Sequence record: LR746311
DNA from: Shigella phage vB_SsoM_113
DNA length: 64,000 nucleotides
Strand: one strand, 5' to 3'
In this document: positions 56,052 to 64,000 of the stretch, one piece after another
Position numbering within the stretch: the first letter of the stretch is position 1
Layout: each line of letters starts with the position of its first letter
Notes under the pieces: model-generated
Database searches by the model: none
What the model saw: only the letters and a program-made list of their open reading frames with translations
What the model was told of the DNA's origin: nothing
Made by a program: the position numbers and the translations under genes

Positions 56052-57777
56052 AACCTACGTCTATACGGCTACCATCAATTGTGTATTGACCAGATGAAAT
56101 AGAACTCATAGATGCCATTTTTTCCGTCCAATCACCACCAACGTCCCAATCAACTGTCCCAGCAACTTTCCAAGAAAGATTTCCATTTACTGTATTAGTC
56201 TGGTTTCCTTCAACTAAAGTGGTAGCATCTCCTTTAACTGTAATGTCAGCATTACCTTCAACTACAATAGTAACATTACCTTTGACTAAGATAGTTCCAT
56301 TACCTTCAACCGTCTTAGTTTCATCGCCACGTACAAATATTGTATTGCTTCCATCTATTTGGTGGAGACGATTATCCATGTTGTAATAAATTTCTGACCC
56401 ACCGACGTTAGTCTTTTTATCACCGGCTACCAAAAAATTACCATCAGCATTTGTTATATCATACAAATTATCAACAGTTTTTCTTGTTCTTCTTCCTGAG
56501 GGTGATACTTCCTCATATGTTCCAGTCGGATGAACTAATCTGTATCGTTCTTGCCCAGGGGTATCATCAAATTCCTGAATATGACCGCTTTCAGTTTCCA
56601 TTGTGTGAACATACGGATATTCACCTTTATATGAAGAAACAGGTTCTTTAAATAAAATTCTCGAATCATTCGGAATAGGAGGATCAGCTGGATCAGAAGA
56701 CTTTGCTACAGTAGCAGCCATTGCTGACAAAGACCTAGACGGTGTTTTCACTTCAATACCGTATGATTCCAAATTCCCTGTAAGAATAATCATGGTAACA
56801 CGGGATGCACGGCCTTTTGTTTGTTGATACCACAATGAATCACGACCAGCTTTATATGCCTTTTCCCAATCTCCGGCTAACATGGCAGTTAACATTGTGT
56901 TAAATTTAGCTACACCGCCAACGCCCATCTGAAATGCCATATTTTCTAATGCCATTTGACGAGAACGATTAACTGCTTGCCAAACTGGGCCAACTTTAGA
57001 ATGTGATTTAATGTCACGTTGCATATCAGCCAAATCACGTTCAAATAAAGTTACCGCTTCTTCCATTGTAATAGAACCTGGATTTCCGGTAATTTCACGA
57101 CCAACTTGTTTTGATAAAACTTTATTAATTTGGGCCATATCACGAACTGGCTGCTTCATGATAAGATGACCAATACCAATTGTCGGATATCCTTCGGTAT
57201 CCCAATAAACTTTTAGTCTTAATCCTTCATCGCGGCGAAGCATTTCAGCCATTGACATATTTGGATTATCATCAGTTGGAATCTCTGATAGCGGTCTGTC
57301 ATCAGGATTTATCGCAGTGTCTAGATTGCTATCTTGGATAATATTAGAAGACGAATCATATCCTACTTCTCCGCCTTGGTTTAATACGTTAGTATCATTT
57401 CCTAGACGTCTAGGATACTGTCCAGTCGGATCAGAAAATCCTTCAAGTCTATTAGGTTTTTCGCGAACTATTCCACCATACGTGCCAAGGACAATTCCGT
57501 TAGTTTTCCATTTGTCTAAAAAATGACCATAGACTCTAGTTCCTTCTACCGGACCAGTAACGGAGCCTCCAATTCCAGACATTGCTGCGGAAGTTATGGG
57601 TTGAATAACTGACATCCACGGTAATTTATCAGTTGGAATACCCATTACATCACCTTGCGCTCTTTGAGGTGGGTGCAGACCAACCACACGAACACGAACA
57701 CGACCTAATTTTAATGGGTCCATTCTATCTTCAACAACACCAACAAACCAATTAAGGTTATTACTTATCATTTCCAT
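56047..57777 (-). CDS. 5: baseplate hub subunit and tail lysozyme gp5
   Basis: 576 aa (T4: 575); lysozyme-like domain (MLRRDEGLRLKVYWDTEGYPTIGIGHL); C-terminal beta-helix repeats (VEGN.T..V.G). Confidence 0.95.
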   Translation of the reverse strand: MEMISNNLNWFVGVVEDRMDPLKLGRVRVRVVGLHPPQRAQGDVMGIPTDKLPWMSVIQPITSAAMSGIGGSVTGPVEGTRVYGHFLDKWKTNGIVLGTYGGIVREKPNRLEGFSDPTGQYPRRLGNDTNVLNQGGEVGYDSSSNIIQDSNLDTAINPDDRPLSEIPTDDNPNMSMAEMLRRDEGLRLKVYWDTEGYPTIGIGHLIMKQPVRDMAQINKVLSKQVGREITGNPGSITMEEAVTLFERDLADMQRDIKSHSKVGPVWQAVNRSRQMALENMAFQMGVGGVAKFNTMLTAMLAGDWEKAYKAGRDSLWYQQTKGRASRVTMIILTGNLESYGIEVKTPSRSLSAMAATVAKSSDPADPPIPNDSRILFKEPVSSYKGEYPYVHTMETESGHIQEFDDTPGQERYRLVHPTGTYEEVSPSGRRTRKTVDNLYDITNADGNFLVAGDKKTNVGGSEIYYNMDNRLHQIDGSNTIFVRGDETKTVEGNGTILVKGNVTIVVEGNADITVKGDATTLVEGNQTNTVNGNLSWKVAGTVDWDVGGDWTEKMASMSSISSGQYTIDGSRIDVGL

Positions 57778-58351
57778 AAGATTTCTCCATTATACGTATA
57801 AGGTCGTTCATAAATGAATTGATGTCTGATTTTGCTATTATTTTTATTTGACGAAGTTTTTCATTTTCAAGAACAGCAGCTTCATACGTATCGACCGCAG
57901 CAAGTGCTCCTTCATATTGAGGATATTTTCTAGCTTTATCGCCTTTGTCATACCAAACGTATGGATTATCATCGTATGATATTAAATTATAAAATTTTTC
58001 ACCGTTCTCATTCACATGATATACTATTTGGTCTCCACCTACGTTTTTGTATTTTTGTATAGATGCTTGATAAGCAGCTTCTTGCGAAGTAATCCATCCA
58101 TAATACGGATCATAATTATCATTACACATCAATAAAACCCAATACAACTGCGGATTTCCATATATAGCATTTGCTAATTCTTCCGGACGTGGTGAACCTT
58201 TAATATAATAAGTGCGTAAGCGGTATCCTGCAAGAGCACGTTTGAAATAGTCTTTATAGTTTCTAAAAATATCTGTCATAGGAATAGTCGGCGCGTTTTT
58301 ATTCACCGTTTTGGCCGCATATTCAATCGGATCAAAAAATGTAAAGAGCAT
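57761..58351 (-). CDS. 53: baseplate wedge protein gp53
   Basis: 196 aa as in T4. Confidence 0.88.
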   Translation of the reverse strand: MLFTFFDPIEYAAKTVNKNAPTIPMTDIFRNYKDYFKRALAGYRLRTYYIKGSPRPEELANAIYGNPQLYWVLLMCNDNYDPYYGWITSQEAAYQASIQKYKNVGGDQIVYHVNENGEKFYNLISYDDNPYVWYDKGDKARKYPQYEGALAAVDTYEAAVLENEKLRQIKIIAKSDINSFMNDLIRIMEKSYGNDK

Positions 58352-58364
58352 GGGCCCTCCTGTT

Positions 58365-58387
58365 TATAAATATATTATCTATTTATA
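58365..58387. promoter_or_regulatory. divergent late promoters (TATAAATA on each strand) for genes 4 and 53
   Basis: tgtTTATAAATAtattatcTATTTATAagg in the 53/4 intergenic region. Confidence 0.5.
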
Positions 58388-58398
58388 AGGAGAATCCA

Positions 58399-58851
58399 AT
58401 GGCATATTCTGGAAAATGGGTTCCTAAAAATATATCAAAATATAGAGGTGACCCTAAAAAAATTACGTATAGATCAAATTGGGAAAAATTCTTTTTTGAA
58501 TGGTTAGATAAAAATCCAGAAATTATTGCATGGGGTAGTGAAACAGCAGTAATTCCTTATTTTTGTAATGCAGAAGGGAAAAAACGTAGATACTTCATGG
58601 ATATTTGGATGAAAGATTCTTCTGGACAAGAATTTTTTATTGAAATAAAACCTAAAAAAGAAACACAACCACCAGTTAAACCGGCACATCTAACAACTGC
58701 AGCGAAGAAAAGATTTATGAATGAAATTTATACATATTCCGTTAATACTGACAAATGGAAAGCAGCGCAATCTTTAGCTGAAAAGCGTGGAATAAAATTT
58801 AGAATTTTAACAGAAGATGGATTACGAGCTCTTGGCTTTAAGGGGGCATAA
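58399..58851 (+). CDS. 4: head completion protein gp4
   Basis: 150 aa as in T4. Confidence 0.88.
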   Translation: MAYSGKWVPKNISKYRGDPKKITYRSNWEKFFFEWLDKNPEIIAWGSETAVIPYFCNAEGKKRRYFMDIWMKDSSGQEFFIEIKPKKETQPPVKPAHLTTAAKKRFMNEIYTYSVNTDKWKAAQSLAEKRGIKFRILTEDGLRALGFKGA

Positions 58852-59675
58852 TGGCTATTTTTCAAATAATTAATGAAAGCACTCCCCAAGTTCCAAAGGT
58901 TAAGCAATCATTAAACGAAAAGAAATGGATTCAGATAGGTCTTGAATACAAAAAGGCCAAAGCAAAAGGAATGACAGGAAAGCAATTTGCCGAAGAAAGA
59001 GGAATCAAATACTCTACGTTTACTTCAGCAATGTCAAAATATGCTTCAGGAATTAAAACAGCTGAAAAGATTCAAAAGCTTGAATCAAAACCAATGAATA
59101 AACTCAATAAGCAAGAAAGACAACTGCTTATGATAAATTCATTCAGGCAAACACTGCGTGATAAAATTCGTAATGAAGGTGCAGCAATTAATAATAAAAC
59201 CAGAAAGTGGTTTGCTGAAACTATTAAGCAAGTAAAAGGACATAAAGTTGTTCGCCCGCAGCCGGGACGAATATATGCTTTTGCTTATGATGCTAAGCAC
59301 AAGGAAACTCTTCCTTACTGGGATAAATTTCCTTTGATAATTTACCTTGGTTTAGGTAAACATAATTTAATGTATGGATTGAACTTGCACTATATTCCAC
59401 CTAAAGCTCGTCAGCAATTTCTAGAAGAGCTTTTAAAGCAATATTCAAATACACCTACTATTACTAATAAAACAAAATTAAAAATTGATTGGAGTCAAGT
59501 GAAAGGATTTAGGGGTGCAGACCAAATGATTAAGGCATATATACCTGGTAATATTATGGGTAGCCTTGTTGAAATCGCCCCGAAAGACTGGGCGAACGTT
59601 GTGTTAATGCCACTCCAAAGCTTCTACTCCAAAGGAAAACGTTTCTCTGCAAACAAAGTCTGGTCAAATATCTAA
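58851..59675 (+). CDS. 2: DNA end protector protein gp2
   Basis: 274 aa as in T4. Confidence 0.88.
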   Translation: MAIFQIINESTPQVPKVKQSLNEKKWIQIGLEYKKAKAKGMTGKQFAEERGIKYSTFTSAMSKYASGIKTAEKIQKLESKPMNKLNKQERQLLMINSFRQTLRDKIRNEGAAINNKTRKWFAETIKQVKGHKVVRPQPGRIYAFAYDAKHKETLPYWDKFPLIIYLGLGKHNLMYGLNLHYIPPKARQQFLEELLKQYSNTPTITNKTKLKIDWSQVKGFRGADQMIKAYIPGNIMGSLVEIAPKDWANVVLMPLQSFYSKGKRFSANKVWSNI

Positions 59676-59781
59676 TTCTATTATCTTCCATTCTTTTCTA
59701 TTGTTTGTTCTAATTGGAATTGAATGGAAGGGACTTAGACCCATTATACCACCAACATTTATAAAGCATTATGAGGAATAT

Positions 59782-60312
59782 ATGTCGCAAGCACTGCAAC
59801 AAATTTTTAACCAAGCAAATACAACTAACTTTGTAGTATCAATACCGCATAGTAATACTACATCTGCTTTTACTTTAAATGCTCAGTCAGTTCCTATTCC
59901 AGGAATTAGAATACCTGTTACTGATACCGTGACTGGGCCGTTTGGACTAGGCAGAGCACAACGTCCAGGAGTTACATTTGAGTACGATCCACTCATCGTG
60001 AGATTTATAGTTGATGAAGAGCTTAAGTCGTGGATAGGAATGTATGAATGGATGCTAGGAACTAGTAACTATCTTACAGGCGAAAATACTGCCCAAAAAA
60101 CAGGTCCTGAATACATTACGCTTTACATTTTAGATAATAGTAAAACTGAAATCGTGATGTCAATAAATTTTTATAAGCCTTGGGTTTCTGACCTGTCTGA
60201 AGTAGAATTTAGCTACACGGAAGATTCAGACCCGGCTTTAGTATGTACAGCAACGATTCCTTATACGTATTTTCAAGTAGAAAAAGATGGCAAAATTATA
60301 GCAGAAGTTTAA
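59782..60312 (+). CDS. 3: tail completion / sheath stabiliser protein gp3
   Basis: Track ORF begins at a non-ATG codon (59701); the ATG at 59782 follows a GAGGA RBS and gives 176 aa, the T4 gp3 length. Confidence 0.85.
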   Translation: MSQALQQIFNQANTTNFVVSIPHSNTTSAFTLNAQSVPIPGIRIPVTDTVTGPFGLGRAQRPGVTFEYDPLIVRFIVDEELKSWIGMYEWMLGTSNYLTGENTAQKTGPEYITLYILDNSKTEIVMSINFYKPWVSDLSEVEFSYTEDSDPALVCTATIPYTYFQVEKDGKIIAEV

Positions 60313-60361
60313 TGCTTCAGTTTCATGTGTTATAATCTTAACTAAATTTGAGGAGAAACAT

Positions 60362-61086
60362 ATGAAACTAATCTTTTTAAGTGGTGTAAAGCGTAGCGGA
60401 AAAGATACTACTGCAGATTTTATCATGAATAATTATTCTGCAGCTAAATATCAACTTGCTGGTCCTATTAAAGATGCATTGGCTTATGCATGGGGCGTGT
60501 TTGCAGCAAACACTGACTATCCTTGCTTAACTCGTAAAGAGTTTGAAGGAATTGACTATGATCGTGAGACTAATTTAAATCTGACTAAATTAGAAGTAAT
60601 TACGATTATGGAACAAGCATTTTGCTATCTTAATAGTAAAAGCCCAATTAAAGGTGTGTTTGTTTTTGACGACGAAGGAAAAGAATCAGTTAATTTCGTA
60701 GCATTTAACAAGATTGCTGACGTTATAAATAATATTGAAGATCAATGGTCAGTCCGTCGTCTGATGCAAGCCCTAGGTACGGATTTGATTGTTAATAACT
60801 TCGACCGCATGTATTGGGTAAAATTATTTGCTTTAGATTATCTTGATAAATTTAACTCAGGTTATGATTACTATATCGTTCCTGATACCCGTCAAGATCA
60901 TGAAATGGATGCGGCTAGGGCGATGGGTGCTACAGTAATTCATGTAGTTCGTCCTGGTCAAAAATCCAATGATACTCATATTACAGAAGCTGGATTGCCA
61001 ATTCGTGATGGCGATTTAGTAATTACAAACGATGGTTCTCTTGAAGAACTTTTTTCTAAAATTAAAAATACACTAAAGGTACTATA

Positions 61087-61087
<1 letters not shown>
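60362..61087 (+). CDS. 1: deoxynucleoside monophosphate kinase gp1
   Basis: 241 aa as in T4; P-loop-like GVKRSGKDT. Confidence 0.9.
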
Positions 61088-61840
<753 letters not shown>

Positions 61841-61856
61841 TAATTAGGAAAATAAA

Positions 61857-62114
61857 ATGAAAACTTTCAAAGAGTTTGCTACAAAAACTACTATCACTGA
61901 ATCTTCCCACGGTATGGAAGTAAAGCTTGGAATGGCTTTAGCTGAAGCTGAGCGTCTTTTCTCTCGTATTAAAGAACTTGCTGCTGCAGTCGATCCTTCG
62001 TCTTTTAAAGGAGATCAAACTAAAGTTAAAGCGCTTTTAGCATTATGCTCCGATGCAGGAGAAATTGCTAAAAATGGTTCTAAGATGAAGAAACGATTAG
62101 AAGATTTAAAATAA
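61857..62114 (+). CDS. internal-protein-like small protein A (85 aa) with capsid targeting sequence
   Basis: N-terminus MKTFKEFATKTTITE resembles the T4 internal protein targeting sequence (MKTYQEFIAE-type, cut by gp21 after Glu); sits in the variable IP position after 57B. Confidence 0.6.
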   Translation: MKTFKEFATKTTITESSHGMEVKLGMALAEAERLFSRIKELAAAVDPSSFKGDQTKVKALLALCSDAGEIAKNGSKMKKRLEDLK

Positions 62115-62165
62115 TTTCATAGAGTTGTTTACTTCTGGGTAGTAGTGTGATACTATTACCCTATC
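62106..62165 (+). promoter_or_regulatory. early promoter cassette B (copy 2 of 3)
   Basis: gatttaaaataatttcatag-GTTGTTTAC-ttctgggtagtagtgTGaTACTATtaccc; a 44-bp core identical to cassette C. Confidence 0.55.
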
Positions 62166-62190
62166 AAAACAAAACCAAATGGAAAATAAA

Positions 62191-62415
62191 ATGAAATCAT
62201 TTAAAGAATTTATCGCTGAAGCTAAAAGACATGAAGATGAACTACCAATTGTTACGAAAACTTTTGATGGTACATTAAGTGATTTTAAAAAAATTCCTAG
62301 CGATAAACTTTCTAAGTTAACTGGCTCTATTAGTGAAAAGGATGGTAAAGTCACGTTTTCTGCTCGTGGCACTGCTAATCTTAAAAAGCTTTTGAAAGCT
62401 GCTGGAGCGGAATAA
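62191..62415 (+). CDS. internal-protein-like small protein B (74 aa) with capsid targeting sequence
   Basis: N-terminus MKSFKEFIAEAKRHE closely resembles the T4 internal protein targeting sequence; the track ORF starts 4 codons earlier (62179). Confidence 0.6.
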   Translation: MKSFKEFIAEAKRHEDELPIVTKTFDGTLSDFKKIPSDKLSKLTGSISEKDGKVTFSARGTANLKKLLKAAGAE

Positions 62416-62457
62416 GTTGTTTACTTCTGGGTAGTAGTGTGATACTATTACCCTATC
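62403..62457 (+). promoter_or_regulatory. early promoter cassette C (copy 3 of 3)
   Basis: GTTGTTTACttctgggtagtagtgtgatactattaccctatcaa, identical to cassette B over about 44 bp. Confidence 0.55.
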
Positions 62458-62476
62458 AACTACTGAGGAGAATAAA

Positions 62477-62662
62477 ATGAAACGTTGTGAATTAATTCGA
62501 AATGTTGCTATTGCAATTTCTGCTTCTGCTTTTAGTTTTTCAATGTTTGTTGGATTTATATGTGGATTATTAACTACAGCAGAAAATGTGTTTTCACTTG
62601 TAGTAGCATTTTTAATTGGTTTAATCGCTATCGTTATGGATAAAATTTCTAAAGATGAATAG
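62477..62662 (+). CDS. small hydrophobic protein with two predicted transmembrane segments (61 aa)
   Basis: AIAISASAFSFSMFVGFICGLL and FSLVVAFLIGLIAIVM hydrophobic stretches; RBS GAGGAG; driven by cassette C. Confidence 0.5.
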   Translation: MKRCELIRNVAIAISASAFSFSMFVGFICGLLTTAENVFSLVVAFLIGLIAIVMDKISKDE

Positions 62663-63044
62663 AATGTATAAAGTGTATGCGGATTATCAGGCGAATCCAT
62701 CTGAAAAGCCAGGTTGTCAAATTGGATGGGCTCATGATACTTTGCTTGAAGCAGTAGATGCTGCTCAAAAATTGGGATATAAATATGTAGAGATTGTTCA
62801 ACCGTCAGGAAAAGTTATTACTCTTGAAGAGTTCAATAACATTAAACCAAACTTTTTACTTTTTGCAGGTGATAATTATTATCCTCGTGGTGGATATGCT
62901 GATTTAATCGCGAAAGCCGCCACTGAAGATGAACTCCGTGACATTATCAAAGAAAATGAAAACAAACCAGATTATGGTTCTAATCGCTTTGATTGGTGGC
63001 AAATTGTAAATGCCAATACGCATACTATTGTTGATGAAGGTTGA
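62655..63044 (+). CDS. hypothetical protein (129 aa)
   Basis: ORF track; overlapping start/stop with its neighbours. Confidence 0.5.
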   Translation: MNRMYKVYADYQANPSEKPGCQIGWAHDTLLEAVDAAQKLGYKYVEIVQPSGKVITLEEFNNIKPNFLLFAGDNYYPRGGYADLIAKAATEDELRDIIKENENKPDYGSNRFDWWQIVNANTHTIVDEG

Positions 63045-63334
63045 TAATGATTCTTTATGCGAAAGTATCGTCCGTTGAAAATGGATATAAATATGATCAA
63101 GATGCGGCTAAAGCCTTGATTGATGATTATGGCATTTTAACATGTTTTGAAGTTGAAAAGGTTTACATTGGCCGTTCATCTTCTCAAGTTAAATTAGTAA
63201 ATGAAGACCGTAAATTTAATACAGTAAATTTTGATTTCTTTATTGAAACAGAAAAAGGTCCTCTTGAATATGATATTTTCAAGAATCCTTTGGGTCTTGA
63301 ATGCATCGTAAATATGTATTATCATAAATGGTAA
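63041..63334 (+). CDS. hypothetical protein (97 aa)
   Basis: ORF track; ATGA overlap with the upstream ORF. Confidence 0.5.
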   Translation: MIMILYAKVSSVENGYKYDQDAAKALIDDYGILTCFEVEKVYIGRSSSQVKLVNEDRKFNTVNFDFFIETEKGPLEYDIFKNPLGLECIVNMYYHKW

Positions 63335-63365
63335 ATATGCTTTAAGAATTATTTGTTATTATTAA
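63335..63365 (+). promoter_or_regulatory. MotA-box type middle promoter upstream of the tRNA cluster (copy 2 of the ~42 bp repeat)
   Basis: ataTGCTTTAagaattatttgttatTATTAAc, nearly identical to 2139-2170. Confidence 0.4.
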
Positions 63366-63431
63366 CTCATATCGCACTGATTAATACCCTCTATCATCAA
63401 GGGTTCTTGTTAGAGAGCCTTTGTTAATAAT

Positions 63432-63504
63432 TGGGAATTAGCCAAGTTGGTAAGGCATAGCACTTTGACTGCTAGATGCAAAGGTTCGAGTCCTTTATTC
63501 CCAG
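63432..63504 (+). tRNA. tRNA-Gln (anticodon TTG)
   Basis: Cloverleaf: acceptor TGGGAAT/ATTCCCA, anticodon stem TAGCA/TGCTA with loop CTTTGAC, T-arm AAAGG-TTCGAGT-CCTTT; no encoded CCA. Confidence 0.85.
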
Positions 63505-63505
63505 C

Positions 63506-63592
63506 GCGAGAATGGCCAAATTGGTAAAGGCACAGCACTTAAAATGCTGCGGAATGATTTCCTTGTGGGTTCGAGTCCCACTTCTCGCACCA
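63506..63592 (+). tRNA. tRNA-Leu (anticodon TAA), long variable arm
   Basis: Acceptor GCGAGAA/TTCTCGC, anticodon stem CAGCA/TGCTG with loop CTTAAAA, T-arm GTGGG-TTCGAGT-CCCAC, 3' CCA encoded. Confidence 0.85.
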
Positions 63593-63597
63593 AATTT

Positions 63598-63671
<74 letters not shown>

Positions 63672-63717
63672 ATTTATGACTCGTCGTGAGACGCTCAGTT
63701 CTTTATTAGGGACTGAT

Positions 63718-64000
63718 ATGCATTTTTATCTTTATAAAATAACAAATAAAATTAATAATAAAATTTATATTGGTGTGCATTCTACCGAAAATTTAGATGA
63801 TGGATATATGGGTTCTGGTAAATTATTAAAACGAGCCCAAGATAAGTATGGTATAGAAAATTTCTCTAAAGAAATATTAGAGTATTTTGATGATAAAGAA
63901 TCTATGCTTGAAGCCGAGAAAAATATTGTTACAGAAGAGTTTTTAAATAGACCAGATGTGTATAATTTAAAACTTGGCGGTGAAGGTGGATGGGACCATA
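63718..64000 (+). CDS. GIY-YIG homing endonuclease (segB-like), 5' part only, runs off the window
   Basis: ATG at 63718 after an AGGGA RBS; translation [22 protein letters not shown]...R...E...N carries GIY-YIG motifs. Absent from the ORF track because no stop lies inside the window. Confidence 0.7.
   Translation, partial: MHFYLYKITNKINNKIYIGVHSTENLDDGYMGSGKLLKRAQDKYGIENFSKEILEYFDDKESMLEAEKNIVTEEFLNRPDVYNLKLGGEGGWDH

Overview
This window reads as a T4-like (T-even, Tequatrovirus-type) myovirus genome segment, in reverse orientation to the conventional T4 map. Protein lengths and recalled sequences match T4 closely for many genes (for example DNA ligase gp30, major capsid gp23, dCMP deaminase). 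On the + strand at the left are early genes (cd, 31, rIII, a block of small ORFs, DNA ligase 30, alt). The middle is the late morphogenesis cluster, mostly on the - strand (baseplate 54-48-29-28-27-51, head 24-23-22-21-68-67-20, tail 19-18, terminase 17-16, neck 15-14-13, wac, 12-11-10-9-8-7-6, 5.4, 5, 53), with 26-25-uvsY, inh-hoc and rnlB on the + strand. At the right are 4-2-3-1-57A-57B, an internal-protein-like locus and the start of the tRNA cluster (Gln, Leu, Gly). Features that stand out are: (i) an array of three near-identical early-promoter cassettes driving small ORFs, two of which carry an internal-protein-type capsid targeting sequence; (ii) two tandem, diverged Alt-type ADP-ribosyltransferase genes; (iii) four free-standing homing endonuclease genes (two HNH, two GIY-YIG), one sitting exactly at the uvsW/uvsW.1 junction; (iv) a NADAR/YbiA-like ORF in the early block; (v) a compositionally atypical non-coding island downstream of rIII. 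No CRISPR array, integrase or rRNA was seen. All assignments rest on reading the translations and on recalled T4 biology; no database search was run. My manual indexing of homopolymer runs can be off by 1-2 nt, so coordinates of short motifs are approximate.
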